From an uncultured Erysipelotrichaceae bacterium (GTDB lineage: Bacteria; Bacillota_I; Bacilli_A; RF39; UBA660): a DNA stretch of 64,000 nt. Of the stretch, positions 10,779 through 18,960 are shown piece by piece. The notes below the pieces were generated by a model. That model was not told the DNA's origin, ran no database searches, and was given only the letters and a program-made list of their open reading frames with translations. Both the position numbers and the translations under genes were made by a program. The stretch is from contig CACYWH010000005.1 in assembly GCA_902778125.1 (NCBI GenBank), positions 6,101 to 70,100 of the forward strand, in the 5' to 3' direction. Each line of letters starts with the position of its first letter. The stretch's first letter is position 1.

Positions 10779-11381
10779 ATGGAAAAATCAAATAATTATG
10801 TTTTGTTTGGAGTATTAGCATTGGTAGTATCACTTGTTGCAGTATCTCTTGCATATGCTGGATTTACAGCAACATTAAATATTAGTGGTAGTGGTACAGT
10901 AGTAAATGCTAAGTGGGATGTTCATTTTGCTAATTTGGCATTAGATGAAAATACTGGTGTTACTGTTAATACTGCACCATCAATAAAAGGAACTGATACA
11001 ACAATTATTGAAGGCCTAGATGTATCATTTACAACACCAAATACTTCTGTAAGTTATACATTTGATGTAGAAAATAGAGGTACATTTGATGCAAAATTAA
11101 GTGGACTTACTATTGGTGCTCCATCTTGTAGTGGTGATCCTAAAGCAGCTACTGTTTGTGATTATATAACATATAAGTTATATGATACTACTACAAATAC
11201 TGAATTGACTGCTGCAGATAATGCAAAATTAGTTGCTGTATCAGGAACTAGACATTTTAAATTGGTTGTATCATATGGAAATATTCCATCTGAAGATTTA
11301 CCAACAAACAATGTTAATGTTTCTGGATTAACTGTAGCATTTAATTATACTCAAGATGGTTCAAATACAAATGGTGAATAA
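10779..11381 (+). CDS. Secreted TasA/camelysin-like fibre subunit candidate, paralogue 1
   Basis: AAAGGAG RBS before ATG 10779 (the track start at 10764 contains the RBS). Signal peptide ends SLAYA. Shows TPNTSVSYTFDVENRGTFDAK (compare TasA PGD...F.F.N.G motif), LTVAFNYTQDG C-terminus and one Cys pair. Confidence 0.65.
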   Translation: MEKSNNYVLFGVLALVVSLVAVSLAYAGFTATLNISGSGTVVNAKWDVHFANLALDENTGVTVNTAPSIKGTDTTIIEGLDVSFTTPNTSVSYTFDVENRGTFDAKLSGLTIGAPSCSGDPKAATVCDYITYKLYDTTTNTELTAADNAKLVAVSGTRHFKLVVSYGNIPSEDLPTNNVNVSGLTVAFNYTQDGSNTNGE

Positions 11382-11405
11382 TATAAAAAATTAAAGGAGA
11401 AAATC

Positions 11406-12008
11406 ATGGATAAAACAAGAAATTATTTAATATTTGGTGTATTATCTCTAGTTGTGTCACTTGTTGCAGTATCTCTTGCATATGCCGGGTTTACAGCAAC
11501 ATTAAATATAACTGGTACTGGAGCTGTTAAGGCTGCTAAATGGGATGTACACTTTGCAAATTTACAACCAGTAACTAAAACTGGTACTGCCGTTGAAAAT
11601 ACTGCTCCTACAGTAAATGGTACTACACTTGGAACATATTCTGTAACATTAAATGCTCCTGGTGATGCTGTAACATATACATTTGATGTAGAAAATAAAG
11701 GTAACTTTGCTGCAAAATGGACAGGGCTAACTATTGGTACACCTACGTGCAGTGGTGGAGATGCTAATGCAACTGGTGTATGTAATAATATAACTTATGA
11801 ACTTTATGAAGGTTCAACAAAGAAAACAAGTGCTGATAATAGTATTTTAGCTGCAAATACTGGTAAAAAAACTTACAAGTTAATATTAACATATAAAGCA
11901 TCAAATGATCCATCAGTATTACCTGCAAGTAAAGATGTTACTATTGGTAATTTAGGCGTTACATTCACATATACACAAGAGGGAGGATATGTAGCACCTA
12001 GTGCTTAA
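11406..12008 (+). CDS. Secreted TasA/camelysin-like fibre subunit candidate, paralogue 2
   Basis: Same architecture as 10779-11381. APGDAVTYTFDVENKGNFAAK, LGVTFTYTQEGG, one Cys pair. The N-terminal ~45 aa are almost identical to paralogue 1. Confidence 0.65.
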   Translation: MDKTRNYLIFGVLSLVVSLVAVSLAYAGFTATLNITGTGAVKAAKWDVHFANLQPVTKTGTAVENTAPTVNGTTLGTYSVTLNAPGDAVTYTFDVENKGNFAAKWTGLTIGTPTCSGGDANATGVCNNITYELYEGSTKKTSADNSILAANTGKKTYKLILTYKASNDPSVLPASKDVTIGNLGVTFTYTQEGGYVAPSA

Positions 12009-12034
12009 AATTTAAATAAGGAGAATGCGGAAAA

Positions 12035-13171
12035 TTGAAAAATAATGTTATTAAAATTTTATTACTGGAAATTGTCTGTATTCTTTTTACTGTACCTTGT
12101 ATAATTGGTGGATTAAGATATAATGAATATTTAATTTCATTTTTTATGCTTGGTATATTTGGTATATCTTATTTCCTTTTTGGATTTAAAAAGGATAAAT
12201 TATCTAATGCAAAAAAAACACTTATATTTGTTGCAGTAATTACAATAGCATTGGTATTTATAACATATGGGATAGGCTTTTTGACTGGATTTGCTCGTTC
12301 ACCATATAATAGAAATTTGATTGGTATATTATTAAATACTGGATCAGTTATATTACTTGTAATTGCAATTGAATTAGTTAGATATCAAATAATAAAAAAT
12401 GGTAATAAACTTACTGCTATTATAAGTGTAATTGCTTTAGTTTTAGTAGAAATAACATATAGTGTTAATTTATATAATTTTTATAATGAATTTGCATTAA
12501 TAGAGTTTATATGTATTGCTGTACTACCTAGTATATCAAAGAATATAATTATGACTTTATATGTAAGAAACTATGGATACAGAGTATCTTTAATATATTC
12601 TTTGATTTTAGCAATATATGAATATGTGGTACCAATTGTACCTAATTATGATAATTATTTAAGATCAATAATATTGATTATCATGCCAATTTTAAATATG
12701 CAATTTATTGATGCATATTTAAAAAGAAAAAAGAAGGAAGACGTAAGAAATAAAAATATAGGTCCAAAAATATTTGTTGTTATTTCAATTATATTTTTAT
12801 TATTCTTAATTGCTGTCTATAGTAACTTATTTAGATATTGGGTTGCAACAATTGCATCAGGAAGTATGAGCCCTACTATTGAGATTGGAGATATAGTAGT
12901 TGTTGATAAATATTATAGTGATAATCCAAAAGAATTAGCAGTTGGAGATATAATAGTTTTTAAAATTAAGGATACTTTATATACCCATAGAATAATAAAA
13001 TCAATTGAAAAGAATGGCAAATATTATTTCAGGACTAAAGGGGATTATAAGGACAATGCTGAAGATACTTGGATTGTTCTTAAAGAAGATATAGTTGGAA
13101 AAGTTAAATTTAAAATTAAATATTTAGGTTATCCTTCTATATGGTTACATAATTTGGTTGGAGGAGAGTAG
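12035..13171 (+). CDS. SipW-type (S26B) signal peptidase I fused to an N-terminal ~250-aa polytopic membrane domain
   Basis: C-terminal domain has ASGSMSPTIEIGDIVVVDK (Ser), LYTHRII (His) and KGDYKDNAEDTW (GDxNxxxD-like). The N-terminal domain has ~7 hydrophobic helices and no His. TTG start 10 nt after AAGGAGA. Confidence 0.7.
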   Translation: MKNNVIKILLLEIVCILFTVPCIIGGLRYNEYLISFFMLGIFGISYFLFGFKKDKLSNAKKTLIFVAVITIALVFITYGIGFLTGFARSPYNRNLIGILLNTGSVILLVIAIELVRYQIIKNGNKLTAIISVIALVLVEITYSVNLYNFYNEFALIEFICIAVLPSISKNIIMTLYVRNYGYRVSLIYSLILAIYEYVVPIVPNYDNYLRSIILIIMPILNMQFIDAYLKRKKKEDVRNKNIGPKIFVVISIIFLLFLIAVYSNLFRYWVATIASGSMSPTIEIGDIVVVDKYYSDNPKELAVGDIIVFKIKDTLYTHRIIKSIEKNGKYYFRTKGDYKDNAEDTWIVLKEDIVGKVKFKIKYLGYPSIWLHNLVGGE

Positions 13172-13179
13172 AAGGTTAT

Positions 13180-14301
13180 ATGGGTAATAGTGATGATATA
13201 ATTTATATTGATGAATCTAATAATAAGCAACAAAATACTCAAAAGAATAAAGTATCTTTTACTAAAAAAATACTGATTGTTCTTATTATTTTATCTATTA
13301 TAATAATACCATTGTCTTTTTCTTTTCTGATGAAATCTGTTAATCTAGATGGCCAAGAAAAAATAGTTGAATATATTGAAGTTGGAGATATAGATTATCA
13401 AGTACAATTACAAGATAATGATTATTATTCAGAAAAGTATTTAGAGAAAAATATGGAATATGTTGCTAACTTAATAGATACAATAAAGTCTAAATTTAAG
13501 TATGAATTACATTTAACAGATACTATGAACTTATCTTGGAAATATAAAATAACTGGAGAGTTATTAATTGCCAAGGATAGTGATAGTAGTCCTTTATATA
13601 CTCAAACCATTAATTTTGCTGAAAAATCCAATAATAATGTTACATCAACATCATTAAATTTAACTGAAGATTTGGATATTAAATATGATGAATATAATAG
13701 TTTAGTTAATAGATATAAAAGAGACTTTGGTTTAAGTGTAAATAGTAAATTAAACTTAGTTATGGATATTGAAGTAGAGGGTGTTACTCAACAAAGTTCT
13801 AATAAACTTAATTTAAAGAAATCTATGACAATGAGTGTTCCACTTTCAGAGCAAACTATTAAGATTAATATAGATTCAGATGAAATAAATAGTAATGGTG
13901 TTTTATTTGCAAAAAGCGGTATTGGCATTGAAAACAAATTATTATTCACAATATCATTATTACTTTTAGTCATATCAGTAGTTGTTCTTATTGGATGCAT
14001 ACTATATTATTCTAAATTTAAAAAGAACAATATTTACTATGTAATTCTTAATAAATATTTAAATGATTATGATAAGATTATTATAAATGTTTCTGCCGAA
14101 AGTAGTAATATTGATGAAAGTAAATATGATAATATTGTAAAAGTAGATAAATTTGAAGAATTGGTTGATGCTGCTGAAAATTTATCATTACCAATATTAT
14201 TTAATGAGATATTGCCTGGTGAAATTAGTTTGTTCTTCGTAATAAAGGATCAAACATTATATAAGTATGAACTTATAAGAAAAGTTTTAGAAACTAAGTA
14301 A
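13180..14301 (+). CDS. Bitopic membrane protein of the SipW/TasA-like locus (possibly DUF5305-like)
   Basis: TM near residues 31-52, ~190-aa extracytoplasmic region, second TM (LLFTISLLLLVISVVVLIGCILYY), ~100-aa C-terminal cytoplasmic domain. Start is 8 nt after the peptidase stop. Confidence 0.45.
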   Translation: MGNSDDIIYIDESNNKQQNTQKNKVSFTKKILIVLIILSIIIIPLSFSFLMKSVNLDGQEKIVEYIEVGDIDYQVQLQDNDYYSEKYLEKNMEYVANLIDTIKSKFKYELHLTDTMNLSWKYKITGELLIAKDSDSSPLYTQTINFAEKSNNNVTSTSLNLTEDLDIKYDEYNSLVNRYKRDFGLSVNSKLNLVMDIEVEGVTQQSSNKLNLKKSMTMSVPLSEQTIKINIDSDEINSNGVLFAKSGIGIENKLLFTISLLLLVISVVVLIGCILYYSKFKKNNIYYVILNKYLNDYDKIIINVSAESSNIDESKYDNIVKVDKFEELVDAAENLSLPILFNEILPGEISLFFVIKDQTLYKYELIRKVLETK

Positions 14302-14310
14302 AATAATTAG

Positions 14311-14335
14311 GAATGTCTTGAGACATTCTTTTTAT
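14311..14335 (+). terminator. Rho-independent terminator closing the pilC-to-membrane-protein gene string
   Basis: GAATGTC-ttga-GACATTC hairpin followed by TTTTTATTTT. Confidence 0.65.
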
Positions 14336-14376
14336 TTTGTTATAATTAATTAGTAATCAAAATAGATGGTGATGTT

Positions 14377-17307
14377 ATGTATATAAAAGAAATAAAATTA
14401 CAGGGATTTAAGAGCTTTGCAGATAAGATTGCTATTGAACTTGACCAATCATTTACAGGAATTGTAGGGCCTAATGGAAGTGGCAAAAGTAATATTGTTG
14501 ATGCGATAAAATGGGTTCTAGGTGAGCAAAGTATTAAAACTTTAAGAGGATCTAATAATATGATGGATGTTATATTTAGTGGTTCAGCATCAAGAGGAGC
14601 TTCTAATTTTGCATCTGTTTCAATATTATTTGATAATTCTGATAGAACTTTAAATATTGATTTTAATGAAGTTTCTATAAAAAGAGTGGTTTATAGAACT
14701 GGTGAAAATGAATACTATATTAACAATGAAAAATGTAGATTGAAAGACATTACTAATTTATTTTTAGATTCTATGTCTAGTAAGGAATCTTTTAATATTA
14801 TTCCTCAAAACAAAATCGATCAAATATTAAGTGAAAAGCCCGAAGATAGAAGAGTAATATTTGAAGATGCTGCTGGTGTACTAAAATATAAAAAAAGAAA
14901 AGAAGAAAGCTTAAATAAACTTTCTCATACTCATGAAAATATTGATAGAATAAATTTAATAATAAAAGAAAATTCTGAAAATTTAGAGCCACTTGAAGAA
15001 GAAGCAAAAAAAGCACGTGAATATAAAGATGCAATTAGAGAACTCGAAAGTGTTGAAATTGCTTTAATTGCAAAAGATATTACTGATTTTAGTTTGAAAT
15101 TAGAAGATAAGAAAAATAAAAAAGAGAAATTACAAGAGGAATTATTAAAACTTGATACAGTATCATCAAGTGATAATACTGAAGTAGAAAAATTGAAAGT
15201 TAAAATTATTAATAATGATGAAAAAATAAAAAATATTAGTTCCGAAATATTTAAAATTAATGAAAGTCTGCTTGAACTTAGCAATAAGAAAACACTTATG
15301 ACTGAAAGAAATAAGTATGATAAAACATCTGATAATGTTAAAAATAATATAATATTACTTAAAGAAAAAGAAGGTAATTTAAATAGTAGTATTTCTACTG
15401 TAAAATTAGATATTGAAAATTCTAAAAATAAAGAAATAGAGTTTAAGGAACAGTTAGAAAAACTAAATAATGAATATAGAAACATTAATATTGAATTTGA
15501 AAAAAACAATACTGATTTATCTAACGAAAGAAGTAAATTAAACAATACTAAGAATATGATTGATATATTGGATTCTAATGTTTCTAATATGAGTAAAGTT
15601 CCATATAGTGTAAGAAGTATAATAGATAGTCCAACACTAAGAGGAATACATAATATCTTAGGTAATTTGGTAGAAACAACAAAGGAATATGCAACAATGT
15701 TAGATGTTGCACTTGGAGCCTCTTATTGTAATATAGTTGTTGATGATGAATCTTGTGCTAAAGAAGCAATAGAATATTTGAAAAATCATGATAAAGGAAG
15801 AGCAACATTTTTCCCTTTGAATGTAATTAAACCAAAAAGTATAGAGCCAGAGGTGCTAAAAAGTATTTCAAATATTATTGGTTTTGTTGGAATTGCTAGT
15901 GATTTAGTAACATATAATCAAAAATACTATAATATTGTAATGAATCAACTTGGTAATATTATTGTTACTGATTCCATTAATTCTGCTATAGCAATAAGTA
16001 AAAAAATCAATCATAGATATAGAGTTATTTCTATTTCTGGCGAAATAATTCATGTAGGCGGAATCATTACTGGCGGTAGCATAAAATCAAATAATTCTTA
16101 TATATCAGATAAGTATGAACTTGAAAGATTAAAAATGTCTATTAATGTTATAAGTGATAACATTAAATCGTATGAAAATAAAGCTGCACAATATGAGAAT
16201 GATATCAATATTATTAAAGATAAAATATATAATATAAGTATTCAAAGCGTACAAAATAATGAATTACTAGGAAGCAAAGAGAAAGAATTAGAAAGTTTAT
16301 GTAGTGAACTTGATTTAGTTACTAATGAAATTAGTAATTTATCTTCAAATTCACTAGATAATGAGTTAAATAAAGTAATTGAAGATTATTATTTACATGA
16401 ACAAAGAAAACTTGAGTTAGAACATAATCTAGAAATTCAAAACAAGGAAAAACTTGAATTAAATAGTGAACTAAATAGTCTAGAATCATCTATAAGAAAA
16501 ATGAACAATGAATATAATTCTAAAAATAATGAAATCAATAGTTTAGAAATAGACATTACCAAATTAAATATATCATTAGATAATTTATTAAATAGATTAT
16601 CTGAAGATTATGGTTTAGGATATGAAAAGGCTAAGAAAGAGTATATTTTAGAAATAGATGAAGATATAGCAAGAGATAAAGTTTCTACCTTGAGAAGAAA
16701 AATTAAGTCTCTTGGAGAAGTTAATTTGGGATCAATTGATGAATATGAAAGGATATTTACAAGAGTAAGTTTCTTAAATAAGCAAAAAGAGGACTTAGAA
16801 AAGAGTGAAAATGACTTATTAAATATCATTAATGATATGGATGAAGTTATGAAAGATAGATTTGAAAAGTCGTTTAATGACATAAATTTAGAATTTAGTA
16901 AAGTATTTAGAGAATTATTTAAAGGTGGAAAAGCATATTTAGAACTAACTGATCCTGATAATATATTAGAAACTGGAATAAATATAGTTGCGGTACCTCC
17001 TGGAAAGAACGAGAAACCATTGAGTTTATTATCAGGTGGTGAAAGAACAATGACTGCGATTAGTTTATTATTCTCAATTATGAATTTAGAAAATGTACCA
17101 TTTGTTATTTTAGATGAAGTAGAAAGTGCATTAGATGAAAATAATGCTACTGTATTTGGTCAATATCTTGAAAATTATAAAAATAAAACTCAGTTATTAG
17201 TTATAACACATAAGAAAAAAACTATGGAATTTTTAGATAAATTATATGGTATTACAATGCAAGAAAGTGGAGTATCTAAAGTTGTTAGTGTTAAATTAGA
17301 TGATTAA
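14377..17307 (+). CDS. smc: Chromosome segregation protein SMC (short, 976 aa)
   Basis: Walker A GPNGSGKSN, long coiled coils, hinge region, LSGGERTM signature, Walker B VILDEVESALD. TGtTATAAT extended -10 at 14338-14346. Confidence 0.95.
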   Translation: MYIKEIKLQGFKSFADKIAIELDQSFTGIVGPNGSGKSNIVDAIKWVLGEQSIKTLRGSNNMMDVIFSGSASRGASNFASVSILFDNSDRTLNIDFNEVSIKRVVYRTGENEYYINNEKCRLKDITNLFLDSMSSKESFNIIPQNKIDQILSEKPEDRRVIFEDAAGVLKYKKRKEESLNKLSHTHENIDRINLIIKENSENLEPLEEEAKKAREYKDAIRELESVEIALIAKDITDFSLKLEDKKNKKEKLQEELLKLDTVSSSDNTEVEKLKVKIINNDEKIKNISSEIFKINESLLELSNKKTLMTERNKYDKTSDNVKNNIILLKEKEGNLNSSISTVKLDIENSKNKEIEFKEQLEKLNNEYRNINIEFEKNNTDLSNERSKLNNTKNMIDILDSNVSNMSKVPYSVRSIIDSPTLRGIHNILGNLVETTKEYATMLDVALGASYCNIVVDDESCAKEAIEYLKNHDKGRATFFPLNVIKPKSIEPEVLKSISNIIGFVGIASDLVTYNQKYYNIVMNQLGNIIVTDSINSAIAISKKINHRYRVISISGEIIHVGGIITGGSIKSNNSYISDKYELERLKMSINVISDNIKSYENKAAQYENDINIIKDKIYNISIQSVQNNELLGSKEKELESLCSELDLVTNEISNLSSNSLDNELNKVIEDYYLHEQRKLELEHNLEIQNKEKLELNSELNSLESSIRKMNNEYNSKNNEINSLEIDITKLNISLDNLLNRLSEDYGLGYEKAKKEYILEIDEDIARDKVSTLRRKIKSLGEVNLGSIDEYERIFTRVSFLNKQKEDLEKSENDLLNIINDMDEVMKDRFEKSFNDINLEFSKVFRELFKGGKAYLELTDPDNILETGINIVAVPPGKNEKPLSLLSGGERTMTAISLLFSIMNLENVPFVILDEVESALDENNATVFGQYLENYKNKTQLLVITHKKKTMEFLDKLYGITMQESGVSKVVSVKLDD

Positions 17308-17308
17308 A

Positions 17309-17335
17309 AAAATAAGCGATTTGCTTATTTTTTTA
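17309..17335. terminator. Bidirectional hairpin between smc and the convergent 301-aa gene
   Basis: AATAAGC-gattt-GCTTATT hairpin flanked by an A-run and a T-run. Confidence 0.55.
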
Positions 17336-18230
17336 TTTCAACTCTAATTATATTATCATTTGATGAGCTAAATGCACTTATTGAACTTCCGTCTGCATTA
17401 ACAGTTACTGTATAATTACCAAAAGATTTAGATGTGCTTATTATAGGATAACTAATTTGAAATTCATCTTTTATTACTTGTTCAATTTCTAATTTATCTA
17501 TAACAGCTAAAATTGATTTATATAAATCATCATTATATTCGCCATTTTGGAGATATATATCGTATTTTTCTTCATAATTTTCAACGTATAAGATTGTTGA
17601 ACCTTTAGTATAAGTAAAATAGTTATTTTCATTTAATGATGATGACATATTATTTAAATCTTTACTAGTAAGATAAGTTTTTGTTAAATCATCTATATTT
17701 ACATAATCTATAATTGATTTGTCTAAATTAATTTCCACAATAATAGAAGTATTACTGATAGATAGACTAGCGCCTTCACTTACACTAGTTCTATAAAGAT
17801 CATCTAAAGAAAATTTCTTCCATGTATCTCCTTCATAAAAACCATTTACTATTGAAACAGCATCTATCATCGCTTTAGTAATTACTTTAGCATTATTTTC
17901 ATCTGCTTGATTAAATTTTGCTTTTAATATTCTATCATCATCTTTTTTTTCATATTGAAAAGTATATTTAGAAGTATTTTTTAAATTAGTATATTCAACA
18001 ACGATTTTATCATCTTGATAAATAGCATTAATTCTCATTCCAGCATTTCTATAACTGTTAAGTCCTTCTAAATTGTTAAATGCATCAGCAATAGGTGATA
18101 ACTTCTGTCTTAGTTCACCAGTTTTACCATAACCCTCAAAATATAATATGATACCATATAGTGAACTAGCTATCAGCATAACCCATACTAATCCCCATAT
18201 AAAAAATCTCGTTCTATTTCCCTTTTTCAT
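17325..18230 (-). CDS. Hypothetical membrane-anchored extracytoplasmic protein
   Basis: AGGAGAAG RBS, N-terminal TM (FFIWGLVWVMLIASSLYGIILYF). No motif recognised. Confidence 0.5.
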   Translation of the reverse strand: MKKGNRTRFFIWGLVWVMLIASSLYGIILYFEGYGKTGELRQKLSPIADAFNNLEGLNSYRNAGMRINAIYQDDKIVVEYTNLKNTSKYTFQYEKKDDDRILKAKFNQADENNAKVITKAMIDAVSIVNGFYEGDTWKKFSLDDLYRTSVSEGASLSISNTSIIVEINLDKSIIDYVNIDDLTKTYLTSKDLNNMSSSLNENNYFTYTKGSTILYVENYEEKYDIYLQNGEYNDDLYKSILAVIDKLEIEQVIKDEFQISYPIISTSKSFGNYTVTVNADGSSISAFSSSNDNIIRVEIKK

Positions 18231-18301
18231 AACTTATCTTCTCCTAGAATAATTATATAAAATTATAAATAAAAAGTAAACAAATTTAACTTTTGTTTAC
18301 T

Positions 18302-18853
18302 TTATATTGCTCTCATATTTTCTTGATTCTTATATGGATTCTTTTTGTCTATCTTATCTGTAAATAATATTCCGTTTAAATGATCTATTTCATGTTGAAA
18401 TGCAACAGCAATTTCTTCTCTTACTCTTTTGGTTTGTTTGTTTCCAAACTCATCATAATATTCTACTGTAATTCTTGCATATCTAGGTACAATACCTTCA
18501 ACGTATCTAGTTATACTTAAACATCCTTCTCCTTCTTCAACATATATTTCTTCTTCTGAATGAGAAATTATTTTAGGATTAATTACTTTATATTCTTCAA
18601 AAGTTCCATCTTCTTTTTTATAAGAAATTACAAAAAACCTTTTTTTAATTCCTAATTGAATAGCCGCTAACCCCATACCAGCTCTAATATTATTTTTTTC
18701 TGCATATTCTTCATCTTGACTTAATCTTAAGTACATTATCATATCATTTATTTTAAATATATCTTCTTCACTTAGAGGAAAAGTAACTTCTTCACTAACT
18801 TCTCTTAATGTTTTAGCATCTTTTTCTGTTAAAATATCACATTCTTTTATCAT
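18302..18853 (-). CDS. def: Peptide deformylase
   Basis: GMGLAAIQLG, EGCLS and HEIDHLNG motifs. Start moved to ATG 18853, 6 nt after GAAGGAGG. Confidence 0.9.
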   Translation of the reverse strand: MIKECDILTEKDAKTLREVSEEVTFPLSEEDIFKINDMIMYLRLSQDEEYAEKNNIRAGMGLAAIQLGIKKRFFVISYKKEDGTFEEYKVINPKIISHSEEEIYVEEGEGCLSITRYVEGIVPRYARITVEYYDEFGNKQTKRVREEIAVAFQHEIDHLNGILFTDKIDKKNPYKNQENMRAI

Positions 18854-18908
18854 TTTATTCCTCCTTCGGACATATTTTATCAAAAAAAGTATATTATTTC
18901 AAATATTA

Positions 18909-18937
18909 TTGAAAAAATATGGGATTAATTATATAAT
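18909..18937 (+). promoter_or_regulatory. Consensus sigma-A promoter
   Basis: TTGAAA (18909-18914), 17-nt spacer, TATAAT (18932-18937). Confidence 0.65.
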
Positions 18938-18960
18938 ATTTGTGTAATAGGAGAGTGGAT

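Noticed and set aside
10779-10880. Reading the TasA-like N-termini as class III (prepilin) signal peptides cleaved by the adjacent PilD
   Set aside because: There is no basic residue adjacent to the candidate Gly, no Glu at +5, and no G|FTLxE motif. The n-region, h-region and A-x-A organisation fits ordinary or SipW-type signal peptidase cleavage, and a SipW-type enzyme is encoded two genes downstream. I kept it only as an alternative to be tested by N-terminal mapping.
14798-16883. Three antisense ORFs inside smc (14798-15034, 14931-15545, 16608-16883)
   Set aside because: They are Ser/Leu/Phe-rich low-complexity translations of the reverse strand of a Lys/Glu/Asn-rich coiled-coil gene. They have no RBS and lie fully within a high-confidence CDS. 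The same reasoning applies to other antisense ORFs in the track: 4108-4290, 10283-10591, 13788-14000, 25513-25701, 26358-26558, 26862-27188, 29930-30136, 30638-30952, 31162-31725, 32881-33099, 34916-35143, 36357-36578, 40162-40458, 40778-40972, 41437-41655, 54597-54788, 55420-55886, 57138-57518, 57927-58324, 60207-60548, 62942-63142 and 63548-63790.
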